NCBI GenBank assembly: GCA_963771175.1
Contig: CAVYSY010000021.1
Coordinates: 236,151 to 300,150 of the forward strand
From: an uncultured delta proteobacterium
GTDB taxonomy: Bacteria > Myxococcota > Myxococcia > Myxococcales > Myxococcaceae
Direction: 5' to 3'
DNA length: 64,000 nucleotides
A program made the position numbers and the translations under genes. The notes below the pieces were generated by a model, which had not been told where the DNA came from, did no database searches, and saw only the letters and a list, made by a program, of their open reading frames with translations. Shown one piece after another: positions 41,422 through 51,436 of this stretch (position 1 is its first letter; every line of letters starts with the position of its first letter).

Positions 41422-42642
41422 CTACTTGACGATGAGTTTTAGATAAAAAAGCAAGCTTGTCATCTGTTTGCGCGATACTTCCCCGGCGATTATTGCGCAT
41501 AGCGTATCCTTTACCTCTTGGCTGCGCGCCGCCTTGCGGATGGTGAAGTTCAACAATGGCTCACAACCGGCGATCCACTGGAGTTGGGTGCTGATCCTCA
41601 ACTCGTCCCCAAGCCCATCCCAGAGTTCCCGATCATATCTGCAGATACTCGCTCCACCGACGTCGCCCGACTTTATCGCGGCGGCTGCGACAGTGGCGGC
41701 TACGCGCCCCGAATACATTGCATTTGCTATACCCTCGCCGGTGAAAGGGTCGATCAATCCGGCTGCATCTCCGACCAGGAGGTATCCTGGGCCGCAGCAT
41801 GCCCGATGAGTACTTCCGACCGGCAGATGCCACCCGATCGCCTTCTCAATTGGCGCGGCGTAGGCGAAGCGCGGTGCAAAATGGGAATCATGCACAGTGG
41901 CTTGCAATGCTTTGACCAAATGTACTCGCCTCCTTTTCATCACTGACGCAAGCATTGCAATGCCGACGTTGGCGAGCCCTTCATCCGCTGGGAAAATCCA
42001 GAAATACCCCGGCGTCACGGCCGACAGGTAATGCAGCTCAATTCTATCCGAGAGTTCTGCGACATTGCGCTGATAGCAGCGAATAGCGACGAGCCAATGC
42101 GCCGGATCAATAGCGTAGCTACCGACTTTACGCGCTACGATCGAACGATAACCGTCCGCGCCGACCACAACGCGACCTCGAAATTGACGCACTAGTCCGG
42201 AAGACTTGTTGCAACCGACAACGCCACAGACCCTACCGCCTTCCCAAACGAGGTCTTGAACGGAAAACCCTTCAAGGCACGTCGCCGCGGCGGCACGTGC
42301 GCGATCAAATAGAAAGGCATCGAAGATGCTTCGGCGTATGACATATCCGATCGAGATATCTCGTTTGCGTGCGCGGTCGAGATCCACCTCGGCTTCGACG
42401 TGTTTCGTGTTGCCAAATACGACCTTACGAATACGAGTGCCCGGGAGATTGCCAACCGCATCTTCGAGCTGCAAGTCTCGCAAAATGGTAACGGCTTTGC
42501 CCCAAATCGCGTCGCCGCAAATCTTGTCACGCGGAAACTGGCACTTGTCGAGGAGTAGAGTCGTTAGGCCATGGCGTGCAGCATAGAGGGCGGTTACAGC
42601 ACCCGCGGGCCCGCCCCCAATGATGATTAGGTCGTAGATCAA
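41422..42642 (-). CDS. Geranylgeranyl-reductase-family FAD oxidoreductase
   Basis: IIGGGPAG, FPRDKICGD, GADG, GYFWIFP, LVGDAAGLIDPFTGEGI. Confidence 0.9.
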   Translation of the reverse strand: MIYDLIIIGGGPAGAVTALYAARHGLTTLLLDKCQFPRDKICGDAIWGKAVTILRDLQLEDAVGNLPGTRIRKVVFGNTKHVEAEVDLDRARKRDISIGYVIRRSIFDAFLFDRARAAAATCLEGFSVQDLVWEGGRVCGVVGCNKSSGLVRQFRGRVVVGADGYRSIVARKVGSYAIDPAHWLVAIRCYQRNVAELSDRIELHYLSAVTPGYFWIFPADEGLANVGIAMLASVMKRRRVHLVKALQATVHDSHFAPRFAYAAPIEKAIGWHLPVGSTHRACCGPGYLLVGDAAGLIDPFTGEGIANAMYSGRVAATVAAAAIKSGDVGGASICRYDRELWDGLGDELRISTQLQWIAGCEPLLNFTIRKAARSQEVKDTLCAIIAGEVSRKQMTSLLFYLKLIVK

Positions 42643-42857
42643 TGCGTCGCTCTCTGCATGGTTTCGGCTAGGGCAGCTCGCTGGTTATATTCAAAGCCTT
42701 TTCCGCGTCACGGGAGTAATCGCGCTACTCCAACCGGCACGACAGACGGGCTAGAATGAGTTCGAAAATCAGGAGCCTAAGGCGACCAGTCGGTGTAACT
42801 CCGTGGGGTTCGCCTGGACGATAATGCCGAAATCTGGGCTGGTGCACGCTTACCTCT

Positions 42858-44546
42858 TTAGTGTCGGCCGGAGCGCCAGATCGAAACAATGATCCACAGG
42901 CTGTTCACGAAGGCGATCAGGTAACCGAGCAGCCCGAAAAAGGTGAGCAGCGGCACGCCAAACAGGGTCGGCCCTCCCGCTACAGTCATCACGATGGAGG
43001 AGCCGACCACGAGCGATGCCGTCATGATGCCGACGGTCGCCCGATTCATCGCGCTGTGGAGGCGATGGCCGAAGCTGTCGAGGCGCTTGAGGTCGAGATC
43101 GACCCGCATGCGACCGTGCCGCGCGTCTTTGACCAACCGCGCAAGGTCGCGCGGCATTGACGTGACTAAGCCAAAGAGGTCGCTGAGCGTCGTTTGTGCG
43201 CGCCGCGCCGCCTCTGCCGGCTGATAGCGCTCAAGCATGGCGCGGTCGAGAAACGGTTTAGCACGTTCGATCAAACGGAACTCTGGGTCGTACTGGCGGC
43301 CGAGCCCCTCGACGCTAATGAGCGCCTTAAAGAGGAGGGTGAGGTCGACCGGCAGCACGATCGAGTGCTCGCGCAGGATCGCCGCTACTCTGCGTAACAG
43401 CACCCCGATCTTTAGATCCTTCAACTGCATGTCGGCATAGTCGAACGCGAATTCGCCGAGATCGGTGGCGAGCCGGACCTCGTCCACGACATCATCGCCG
43501 CGCCAGTCGAGCAGCACCTCCAGCATCATCTCCTCATCGTGGCGCGCGAGCCCGGCCAGCAGATCGACGATCTGCCTACGGCGTACCGGGGCGAGCCGAC
43601 CCACCATGCCGAAGTCGATCAGCGCGAGGCGGTTGCCGGGCAGATATATCACGTTGCCGGGGTGCGGATCGGCGTGGAAGAAGCCGTCCACCAGGATCAT
43701 CTTGAGCACGGCATCCGCACCGCGCGCGGCAAGCACCTTTCGGTCGAGGCCCGCATTGTCAATGGCTGCCAAGTCGTTGCCGCGGATGCCCTCGATGTGC
43801 TCCTGGACATTCATCACGCTGCTCGTCCACTCCCAGTAGACGCGTGGGACGAGGATATTGAGATCGTCGGCAAAGTTGCGCGCGAAGCGGTCCGTGTTGC
43901 GTGCCTCCACCGCGAGATCAAGCTCGCGCTCGAGCGAGGCGCGCAGTTGGCCTACGACCTGCACGGGCCGGTAGCGACGCACCTCGGGTATCTCGTGCTC
44001 GACAAGTTGGGCAAGGTGCTCGAGGATTCTCAGATCAGCGTCGATCTTTGCCTCAATTCCGGGGCGGCGAATCTTGAGAATCACCGGCGCGCCATTGGCG
44101 AGTTTGGCCCGGTGTACCTGCGCGATTGAGGCGGCGGCGTAGGGTTCGCGTTCAAGATTGCAAAACACGTCTAACGGAGAGCGGCCGAGCGCCTGTTCGA
44201 CCTGGGGCAACAGATCGTCGAACGGCACCGGTGCCACTTGGTTGTGCAGCCGGGCGAGTTCAGTGGTCCACGCCGGTGGCAGAAGATCCTCTCTCGCCGA
44301 GAGTATCTGGCCGAGTTTCAGGAAGGTCGGCCCGAGCATCTCGAATGCCAGCCTCGCACGCTGCGGCGGCTCGAGATGTGCGATTTCGCTGGCTTCCCCC
44401 CACTGTAGGACTTGTCCGGCGCGCTCGAGCAGCGAAACGATGCCGGCCCGACGCACGAGGTCGCCGAGCCCATGCCGCACGAAAACCGCGCTGATCTCAC
44501 GCAGGCGGGGCAGCTCGCGGGCTGTACTGAACCACCCAGAGACCAT
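42858..44546 (-). CDS. AarF/UbiB/ABC1 family atypical kinase
   Basis: LGPTFLKLGQILS, AASIAQVHRA, FFHADPHPGN, IDFGMVG, C-terminal TM helices. Confidence 0.92.
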   Translation of the reverse strand: MVSGWFSTARELPRLREISAVFVRHGLGDLVRRAGIVSLLERAGQVLQWGEASEIAHLEPPQRARLAFEMLGPTFLKLGQILSAREDLLPPAWTTELARLHNQVAPVPFDDLLPQVEQALGRSPLDVFCNLEREPYAAASIAQVHRAKLANGAPVILKIRRPGIEAKIDADLRILEHLAQLVEHEIPEVRRYRPVQVVGQLRASLERELDLAVEARNTDRFARNFADDLNILVPRVYWEWTSSVMNVQEHIEGIRGNDLAAIDNAGLDRKVLAARGADAVLKMILVDGFFHADPHPGNVIYLPGNRLALIDFGMVGRLAPVRRRQIVDLLAGLARHDEEMMLEVLLDWRGDDVVDEVRLATDLGEFAFDYADMQLKDLKIGVLLRRVAAILREHSIVLPVDLTLLFKALISVEGLGRQYDPEFRLIERAKPFLDRAMLERYQPAEAARRAQTTLSDLFGLVTSMPRDLARLVKDARHGRMRVDLDLKRLDSFGHRLHSAMNRATVGIMTASLVVGSSIVMTVAGGPTLFGVPLLTFFGLLGYLIAFVNSLWIIVSIWRSGRH

Positions 44547-44554
44547 TGGTTAAT

Positions 44555-45184
44555 CTATTCGCCTTTCTTCGCCTCGGATTGATCGCGCAGTGCGTCCGCG
44601 ACGCCGGCCAGCACGCCGCTGGCAAGCAACGCCATGCGGACGCCTGCACCGCGCATCGTCACCAATCCCGGAGTGGCACGCATGCCGCTGGCAAACTCCC
44701 CCACCACGTTTGCGACACGGGCACTCGCTTCCACGCCGATGTTTTGGGCGTGAACCGCAAGCTCTGTCATTTCGCGGCGCAGGTTGCTGCCACTCATCGC
44801 CTCGGTGATGCGTTTCGCGGCAGCCTCGCAGTCCTCCTCCAACTTCCTCAGACAGACGAGCGCTTCCTTGAGGTCGTTGTCAGTGAAGTCCTTTCCCCGC
44901 GACGCGAGCTGTTGGAGAGCGTTGTGCGTCGCGCTGGCCGATTTCATGAGTGCATCATCAAGCTCTCTCGCGGCATCGGCGAGCAGTTCTTCGGCGTCCG
45001 CGCCCCTGACGCCCGTTTTGTCTGGCGTTCGACCGATCACTGTGCGGACAACGTCTCTGACGGCCTCGGGGTCGAGCCGGCCCTGCTGCAGAACCTGGCT
45101 CGTCAGCCCTTTAACCCGTTGTCGGATCGCTTCGTCTTCGGTGACGGGAGGCACGGGGTCCGTCGAAGTGGTCGGCTCGGACAT
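44555..45184 (-). CDS. Hypothetical helical protein co-oriented with the UbiB-family kinase
   Basis: GGAG RBS before MSEPTT; amphipathic helices ending LASGVLAGVADAL; 8-nt gap to the kinase gene. Confidence 0.65.
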   Translation of the reverse strand: MSEPTTSTDPVPPVTEDEAIRQRVKGLTSQVLQQGRLDPEAVRDVVRTVIGRTPDKTGVRGADAEELLADAARELDDALMKSASATHNALQQLASRGKDFTDNDLKEALVCLRKLEEDCEAAAKRITEAMSGSNLRREMTELAVHAQNIGVEASARVANVVGEFASGMRATPGLVTMRGAGVRMALLASGVLAGVADALRDQSEAKKGE

Positions 45185-45251
45185 GTGAAACTCCATGGCT
45201 GGTAGTGGTCGAAAGTCTAGCGGGTTTTCCGGCCGGCCGAAAGGCGAGCCC

Positions 45252-45316
45252 CGAAATTTTGGCTCTAGGACCTTTCCCCCCACCGGGGCGGATCGTTCCA
45301 TCGGTCAAAGGACGAT
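45252..45316 (-). repeat. Solo copy of the ~100-bp repeat family
   Basis: Reverse complement reads ATCGTCCTTTGACCGATGGAACGATCC...GGGGGG...GGTCCTAGAGCCAAAATTTCG, matching units at 49273-49413 and 61130-61290. Confidence 0.7.
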
Positions 45317-45537
45317 ACCCGCCCCCTGGCAGCGGCGCGGAGCGCAACAAGAGGGTTTTAAGGTCGACGCCACACAGGGATGGTCAGTCTTCTGCAGTTA
45401 TACGCCGGCAGTGCCCGTGAGGGTTGCCAGATCCGTCGTGGCGAGGTTCGCCACCCTTCCTGCACACTAGCTTCGACCGGTGCTATGATCAGGACGTCTC
45501 AACAGCGCTTGCCCACTTCTGACCGCTGGAGGCTCTT

Positions 45538-46509
45538 ATGCGTCCTGTTCTGTACGTGCTCGCCGCCCTGTTGTCCTTGATTCCGACTTTAGCCAATTCC
45601 CAAGAGTCGAAATACTACGACGTGCCAAAGGGCGACTTTCCGCATGACGTCGCTGTCGGCCCAGGCGGCGAGGTCTGGTACGCCGGACAGAAACTCGGCA
45701 TTGCCGGTCGCCTTGATCCCGCCAGCGGTCAAGTCGAACGCATTCCGCTCGGTAAGAATTCCGCGCCCCATGGTGTCATCATCGGGCCGGACGGAGCGCC
45801 GTGGTTCACCGATGGTGGACAAAACGCTGTCGTGCGCGTGGACCCCGCCACGAAAGAGGTCAAGGTCTGGCCGCTGCCACCCGAGAGCATGCCCTACACC
45901 AATCTCAACACCGCTGCCTTCGATGGCAAGGGCCGCATCTGGTTCACCGGACAGAACGGGATCTACGGCCGCCTCGATCCCAAGTCGGGTGACATGAAGG
46001 TGTGGGACGCGCCCAGGGGTCGAGGGCCGTACGGAATCACCGGTACCCCCAGCGGTGATATTTGGTTCGTGTCGCTTGCCGGTAGCTATCTCGCCAATGT
46101 CGATCTCGAGACCGGCGCCCCGACGGTCTATGAACCACCGACTAAGGACCAGGGCGCACGCCGCGTCTGGTCTGATTCCAAAGGACGGCTGTGGATCAGT
46201 GAGTGGAACTCGGGAAACGTCAGCGTCTACGATCCGGTGGCCAAGAGCTGGAAGCAATGGAAGTTGCCCGGCGAGAAGCCGCGCACCTACGCCGTGTGGG
46301 TCGATCCCGACGATAAGGTCTGGCTCGCCGACTGGGCTGCTAATGCCATCTTACGGTTCGATCCCGAGACCGAGAAATTCGAGAGCTTTCCCAGCGATCG
46401 CCCTAATTCCAATGTGCGCCAAATGCTCGGCCGCAAGGGCGAGACGTGGATTGCCGAGTCAGGCACGGAACGCATTCGTGTGATTCGCTACCCCACGAAG
46501 ATCAATTGA
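45538..46509 (+). CDS. Secreted Vgb (virginiamycin B lyase)-like beta-propeller
   Basis: Signal peptide; repeats PHDVAVGPGGEVWY, PHGVIIGPDGAPWF, PYGITGTPSGDIWF; GGAGG RBS. Confidence 0.85.
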   Translation: MRPVLYVLAALLSLIPTLANSQESKYYDVPKGDFPHDVAVGPGGEVWYAGQKLGIAGRLDPASGQVERIPLGKNSAPHGVIIGPDGAPWFTDGGQNAVVRVDPATKEVKVWPLPPESMPYTNLNTAAFDGKGRIWFTGQNGIYGRLDPKSGDMKVWDAPRGRGPYGITGTPSGDIWFVSLAGSYLANVDLETGAPTVYEPPTKDQGARRVWSDSKGRLWISEWNSGNVSVYDPVAKSWKQWKLPGEKPRTYAVWVDPDDKVWLADWAANAILRFDPETEKFESFPSDRPNSNVRQMLGRKGETWIAESGTERIRVIRYPTKIN

Positions 46510-46593
46510 CACAGCGCGTGGCCAGGGTGACAGCGGTGTGTCTGCGAGCGCCCGCGAGGGCACTGATAGCTATGGTCCAGTCGATCCGCCTCA

Positions 46594-46815
46594 ACCAGCT
46601 ATGGCTTGGCATCGAGCGTCTGGACCAAAGACATCAGTAAGGCGCACAAGCTTGCCGGGATGATCCGTTCGGGTGCAGTATGGGTGAACTGTCACAACGT
46701 GTTCGACGCTTCTCTCCCATTCGGCGGTTACAAGCAATCCGGGTGGGGCCGCGAAATGGGCGGTGAAGTGTTGAGAAACTACCCGGATCACGAGGCCGTG
46801 ACCGTAAAACTCTGA
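46594..46815 (+). pseudogene. Aldehyde dehydrogenase C-terminal fragment
   Basis: YGLASSVWTKD...GAVWVNC...PFGGYKQSGWGREMG; most of the protein is missing at the 5' side. Confidence 0.8.
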
Positions 46816-46899
46816 TTGCTTCCAGCAGCGAGATTGGCGAACGGCACTTTTGCCGCTCGTCGTGCAATGACGTCAGTTCATCGAAGAAGGGCAGCCGCC

Positions 46900-48414
46900 A
46901 TGAACCTCGAACAGGCCAAGAGCTTGAAGAAGCGGGATTTTCACGAGTATGCCGACAAGCTGAAATACGAAACCCGCAATTTCATCGATGGCAAATTCGT
47001 CGCCGCCAAATCCGGCCGGAAATTCGAATGCGTCAACCCGGCAACCGGCCAGACCTTTTGCGAGGTGGCACGGAGCAATGCCGATGATGTCGACGCCGCG
47101 GTAAAGGCCGCACGTAAGGCTTTTCGCAGCGGTGTGTGGTCGCGCATGGCGCCGCGTGATCGGATGGACGTGCTGTACCGCTTCGCCGAGCTCATCAAGG
47201 CCAATGCCTTGCAGTTTGCTCTGCTCGACGTGCTGAATATGGGCAAGCCGGTCTCGGACATGCTGAATTCCGACGTTCCCGGTTCCGCCCTCACCTTCCA
47301 GTTCTTCGCCGAGACAATCGACAAGATCAGCGGCGACGTCACCAACACGGCCAATAGCGAATTCCAGATGATCCTGCGCCAGCCGCTGGGCGTCGTGGGC
47401 TGCATCGTCCCGTGGAACTATCCCTTGATGATGGCGGCGTGGAAAGTCGCGCCGGCTCTTGCCGCCGGAAACACGGTCGTGCTGAAGCCGGCCGAGCAAT
47501 CGCCGCTGTCGGCCAATCTGATGGCCAAGCTGTTCATGGAGGCGGGTGGTCCGGCCGGCGTGTTCAATGTCGTGCAAGGCCTCGGCGAGGAGGTCGGCAA
47601 GGCGCTGGCGCTGCATATGGACGTCGACAAGATCGGCTTCACCGGCTCGGTCGAGGTCGGCAAGCTGATGCTGATCTATGCCGGTGAGTCGAACATGAAG
47701 CGGGTGACCACCGAATGCGGCGGCAAGACCCCGCAGATCGTCATGAGCGACGCGCCCGATCTCGAAACCGCGGCGCAATATGCGATCAACGGCATCTATG
47801 GCAATCAGGGTGAGGTCTGCAATGCCGGCTCGCGCATCATGGTGCAGAAGAAGATCCACGACTCCTTCGTCGATCTCTTCCTGAAGAAGAGCGCCAAGCT
47901 GTTCCAGCCTGGCGACCCGCTTGATCCGGCAACGACGATGGGCCCGCTGGTCACCCGCAGCCAGCAGGATCGCGTGCTCGGCTATATCGAGGCCGGCAAG
48001 AAGGAAGGCGCCAAGCTGGTCAAAGGCGGCGGCGTGCCGACAGGTCTCGAAAAAGGCTGCTATGTCGAGCCGACGCTGTTCACCAATGTCGACAACAACA
48101 TGAAGATTGCCCAGGAGGAAATCTTCGGCCCGGTCGGCGCTGTCCTCACCTTCAGCGATATCGACGATGCCATCACCAAGGCCAATGACTCGATCTATGG
48201 CCTCGCTGCAAGCATCTGGACCAAGGACCTCGATACCGCGATCCGCGCCGGGCGCGATCTCGAGGCCGGCATTGTCTGGATCAATTGCTTCGACCATGGC
48301 GACATGACCCAGCCCTGGGGCGGCTATAAGCAGAGTGGCTCCGGGCGCGACAAGTGCCTTGAGGCAATGAGCCAGCACACTCAGACGAAATCGGTGTGGA
48401 TCCATCTGGGATGA
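46900..48414 (+). CDS. Aldehyde dehydrogenase (PuuC-like)
   Basis: PWNYP, KPAEQSP, FTGS, ECGGK, NQGEVCNAG, EEIFGP, PWGGYKQSG. Confidence 0.95.
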   Translation: MNLEQAKSLKKRDFHEYADKLKYETRNFIDGKFVAAKSGRKFECVNPATGQTFCEVARSNADDVDAAVKAARKAFRSGVWSRMAPRDRMDVLYRFAELIKANALQFALLDVLNMGKPVSDMLNSDVPGSALTFQFFAETIDKISGDVTNTANSEFQMILRQPLGVVGCIVPWNYPLMMAAWKVAPALAAGNTVVLKPAEQSPLSANLMAKLFMEAGGPAGVFNVVQGLGEEVGKALALHMDVDKIGFTGSVEVGKLMLIYAGESNMKRVTTECGGKTPQIVMSDAPDLETAAQYAINGIYGNQGEVCNAGSRIMVQKKIHDSFVDLFLKKSAKLFQPGDPLDPATTMGPLVTRSQQDRVLGYIEAGKKEGAKLVKGGGVPTGLEKGCYVEPTLFTNVDNNMKIAQEEIFGPVGAVLTFSDIDDAITKANDSIYGLAASIWTKDLDTAIRAGRDLEAGIVWINCFDHGDMTQPWGGYKQSGSGRDKCLEAMSQHTQTKSVWIHLG

Positions 48415-48439
48415 TGATCGCCAACGCATATCCGAGCCG

Positions 48440-49258
48440 ATGAGCGCGTTCTCCGAGGGAAATATAGCCGTCGTCACCGGTGCCGCGAGCGGCATCGGCT
48501 TGGCGGCGGCACGGCGGCTGGCGGGCATGGGTCTTATCGTCTGCATGGTCGATCGCAGCGAAGCAGCCCTCGTCGCTGCAGCGAAGGAGATTGGCAGCAA
48601 TGCGACACCGTTTGTGGTCGACGTCGCTGACCCGGCAGCAATGCATCGCCTGGCGACGGAAGTCGCCGATCGGTTCGGCCCCGTTTCGATTTTGATGAAC
48701 AATGCCGGCATCGGCGGCGGCGGTGATGCATTGTCGAATCCGGATGGCTGGACCCGGGTGCTGGACGTCAATCTGTTCGGGGTGCTCCATGGCGTCCAGG
48801 CCTTCGTGCCGGCAATGGTAGCGAGCGACCGGCCGGGCATTGTCGTCAATACCGGATCGAAGCAGGGCATTACGCAGCCGCCCGGCGACACGGCCTATAA
48901 CGTCAGCAAGGCCGCGGTGAAGGCTCTGACCGAAGGGCTTGCCCACACGTTACGGCAGCAGACCAAAGGCCGCGTGACTGCGCATCTTCTCATACCCGGC
49001 TTCACCTTCACCGGTTTGACACGGGCAACCCAAAAGCCGCCCGGCGCGTGGTCGCCCGAGCAAGTGATCGACTTCATGTTCGATCATATCGCCGCCGGCG
49101 ACTTCTATCTCCTCTGTCCCGACAACGAAACCACCCGGGCGATGGATGAGAGGCGGATCGCCTGGGCCGTCGGCGACCTCATCGAGAATCGGCCGGCCTT
49201 GTCTCGCTGGCATCCGAAGTGGCAGGAGGCTTTCGCAAAGCACATGCGCGGCGCTTGA
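48440..49258 (+). CDS. SDR family oxidoreductase
   Basis: TGAASGIG, NNAG, YNVSK. Confidence 0.92.
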   Translation: MSAFSEGNIAVVTGAASGIGLAAARRLAGMGLIVCMVDRSEAALVAAAKEIGSNATPFVVDVADPAAMHRLATEVADRFGPVSILMNNAGIGGGGDALSNPDGWTRVLDVNLFGVLHGVQAFVPAMVASDRPGIVVNTGSKQGITQPPGDTAYNVSKAAVKALTEGLAHTLRQQTKGRVTAHLLIPGFTFTGLTRATQKPPGAWSPEQVIDFMFDHIAAGDFYLLCPDNETTRAMDERRIAWAVGDLIENRPALSRWHPKWQEAFAKHMRGA

Positions 49259-49272
49259 AGCTGCTAGCCCAA

Positions 49273-49915
49273 CCGCGACGCATCGTTCCATCGAGGCGAG
49301 GACGATGGGGGTGGGTTAACTTGGTCGAAGCCGGGTGCAAAATTTGTTGTCTCAGGCTCTCACCACCCCCACCACCCCCGCCGCGACGCATCGTTCCATC
49401 GCCGGCAGGACGAGGAGGGGGGTATAGGACCTGCAGCGATAATTTTTCGATTGCCGATGTAGTTAACTCGACACCCCATCGTGGGGGTGGGGGGTCGAGA
49501 GCCGAATTTTTTAAGCTGATGTCGAGATGCTTGAGATCGAGATCGATAAACCGACCCCCATCGTCCTTTCACCGGAGTCCCGTTTCCTGCCCGGCGGGGG
49601 GTAGAGGACCTGCAGTGATAATTTTTCGATGCCGATCCCGTTAACTCGATACCCCATCGTCCTCAGCCGGAGTCCCGTTTCCTCGCGGCGCGGGGTGATA
49701 GGAGCCGCGACCGAAATTTTTTCTTTCGATCTTCAGGGCAGGGCGTTAACCCCCATCGTCCTTTCGCCGGAGTCCCGTTCCTTCGGCCGGCGGGGTGATA
49801 GGAGCCGCGACCGAAATTTTTTCATTCAATGTCGAGATGATCGAAGCTTCAGGCTTTACCCCATCGTCCTTTCGTCGGAGTCCCGTTCCTCCGGCCGCGG
49901 GGGGATAGGAGGTCC
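49273..49915. repeat. Array of ~100-bp degenerate repeats: two units on the minus strand, then about six (two partial) on the plus strand
   Basis: CCCCATCGTCCT-N3/4-CCGGAGTCCCGTT core with its A at 49560, 49656, 49755 and 49863 (partial at 49478), each followed by a G-run and, except the last, AATTTTT; inverted ATGGAACGAT-type units at 49273-49413. Confidence 0.9.
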
Positions 49916-50053
49916 ATGCCGATCCTGGACGAGCTGATCACCAAACGCCTGGAGATGGACGCGGTGTTCCTTGCCATGGAAGACGCGGTCGAGGAATGGC
50001 TGAAGCGCGCCGGCGGCGCAAAGCGGCCGGCTAAGCGGCGCGGCCGGCGCTGA
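49916..50053 (+). CDS. Small ORF, 45 aa, directly after the repeat array
   Basis: AGGAGGT at 49907-49913, then MPILDELITKRLEMDAVFLAMEDAVEEWLKRAGGAKRPAKRRGRR*; GC-rich third positions. Confidence 0.55.
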   Translation: MPILDELITKRLEMDAVFLAMEDAVEEWLKRAGGAKRPAKRRGRR

Positions 50054-51435
50054 GCCCCTTCGTTCCCCGCTCGCCGAGGAGCTGCCAGTAGCGGTTCCAG
50101 GCCTTGAGCCCGTCGTCGAGGCGCTGCAGGCGGAAGAACTCGTTGGGGGCATGATAGTCCTCGTCGGCGGTCGAGAAGGAGAAGAACACCGTCTCGGCGG
50201 CGATGGCGTTGCGGAAGATGAGGCCGATGGGCACCGTAGCGCCCATCCGCACCCTGAGCGCGCGCTGGCCATAGACCTCCTCCAGTACTTCTTCGGCCAG
50301 CGCCAGGCCCGGATGCTCGTCGGAAATCGCATAGGCCTTCGAGCCGTGGCCCGCCTTGACCTCCAGGCGCAGGCCGGGCGGGCAATGGCGCTTCAGGTGC
50401 TCGGCCACGAGCGCCACGATCTCCTCCGGCTCCTGGTCGGGCACGAGGCGGCAGCTGATCTTGGCATGGGCCTCGCCCGGGATGACGGTCTTGGTCCCGG
50501 GGCCCTGATAGCCGCCCCACAGGCCGTTGAACTCCAAGGTCGGACGCAACCATTGCCGCTCGAGCAGGCTATAGCCCGCCTCGCCCCAGCCCGGCTCGGC
50601 GCCGATGCCTGTCGAAATAGGCCCGCTCGTCAAAGGGCAGGTTGGCGATCATGGCGCGTGCGCTGTTCGAGGGCGGACGGACCCGGTCGTAGAAGCCTTT
50701 CACCGCCACGCGGCCCTCGGCGTCGTGCAGCGAGGTCGCGAGCCGCGAAATGGCCTGGAGCGGGTTGGCGACGCGCTGCCGCCATGGCGGCCCGGAATGC
50801 AGGTCCTTGACCGCGCCGAAGACCGAGAACTCCAGGGTCGCGATGCCGCGGCTCGCGACCGTGATCGAGGGTTCGTTCGGCGCGCCACATGGCGCCGTCG
50901 GCCGAGAGCACGAAATCGGCCTTCAACTCCTCTGCATGGGCGGCGACGAATTCCTCGAGATGGGCGCTGCCGCATCTCCTCCTCGCCCTCGATCACGAAC
51001 TTGACGTTGACCGGCAGGCGTCCCGCCGTCGCCATGTAGGCCTCGGCGACCTTGAGCGGGATCAGCATCGGCCCCTTGTCGTCGGAGACGCCGCGGGCAT
51101 AGAGCCGGCCGTCGCGCACCGTCCGGCTTGAAGGGCGGGCTCTTCCAGCGCTCCAGCGGATCGGGCGGCTGCACGTCGTAGTGGCCGTAGATCAGGATCG
51201 TCGGGGCCCCTGCTGCGCCGGTCCAGGTGCTGGTCACGATCGAATGGCCGCTGGTCGGATTGATCCTGACATTCTCCAGCCCGGCCTTGCGCATCCGCTC
51301 GGCGACCCAGGCCGAACCCCGCGCCATGCCCTCGGCATAGGACGGGTCGGTGCTGACGCTGGGAATGCTGGCGAACTCGATGAGCTCGCCCAGGATGCGC
51401 TCGCGGTTCTCGCGGATGTAGTCGAGAGACTGCAT
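50031..51435 (-). CDS. M20-family dipeptidase, multiple frameshifts
   Basis: IPSVST, YGHYDVQPPDP, LYARGVSDDKG, EGEEE, HAPNE. Confidence 0.9.
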
Positions 51436-51436
51436 T

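Noticed and set aside
45538..46509. Streptogramin resistance gene
   Set aside because: Vgb-like propellers with signal peptides are widespread; the fold alone does not show antibiotic lyase activity.
49273..49915. CRISPR array
   Set aside because: Repeats are long and degenerate, the intervening segments resemble each other, orientation flips, and no cas genes are in the window.
49629..49937. Repeat protein with PIVLS motifs
   Set aside because: The frame drifts inside units, the preceding unit has an in-frame TAG, and the spacing at 61130-61245 is not a multiple of three. It is a by-product of the DNA repeat.
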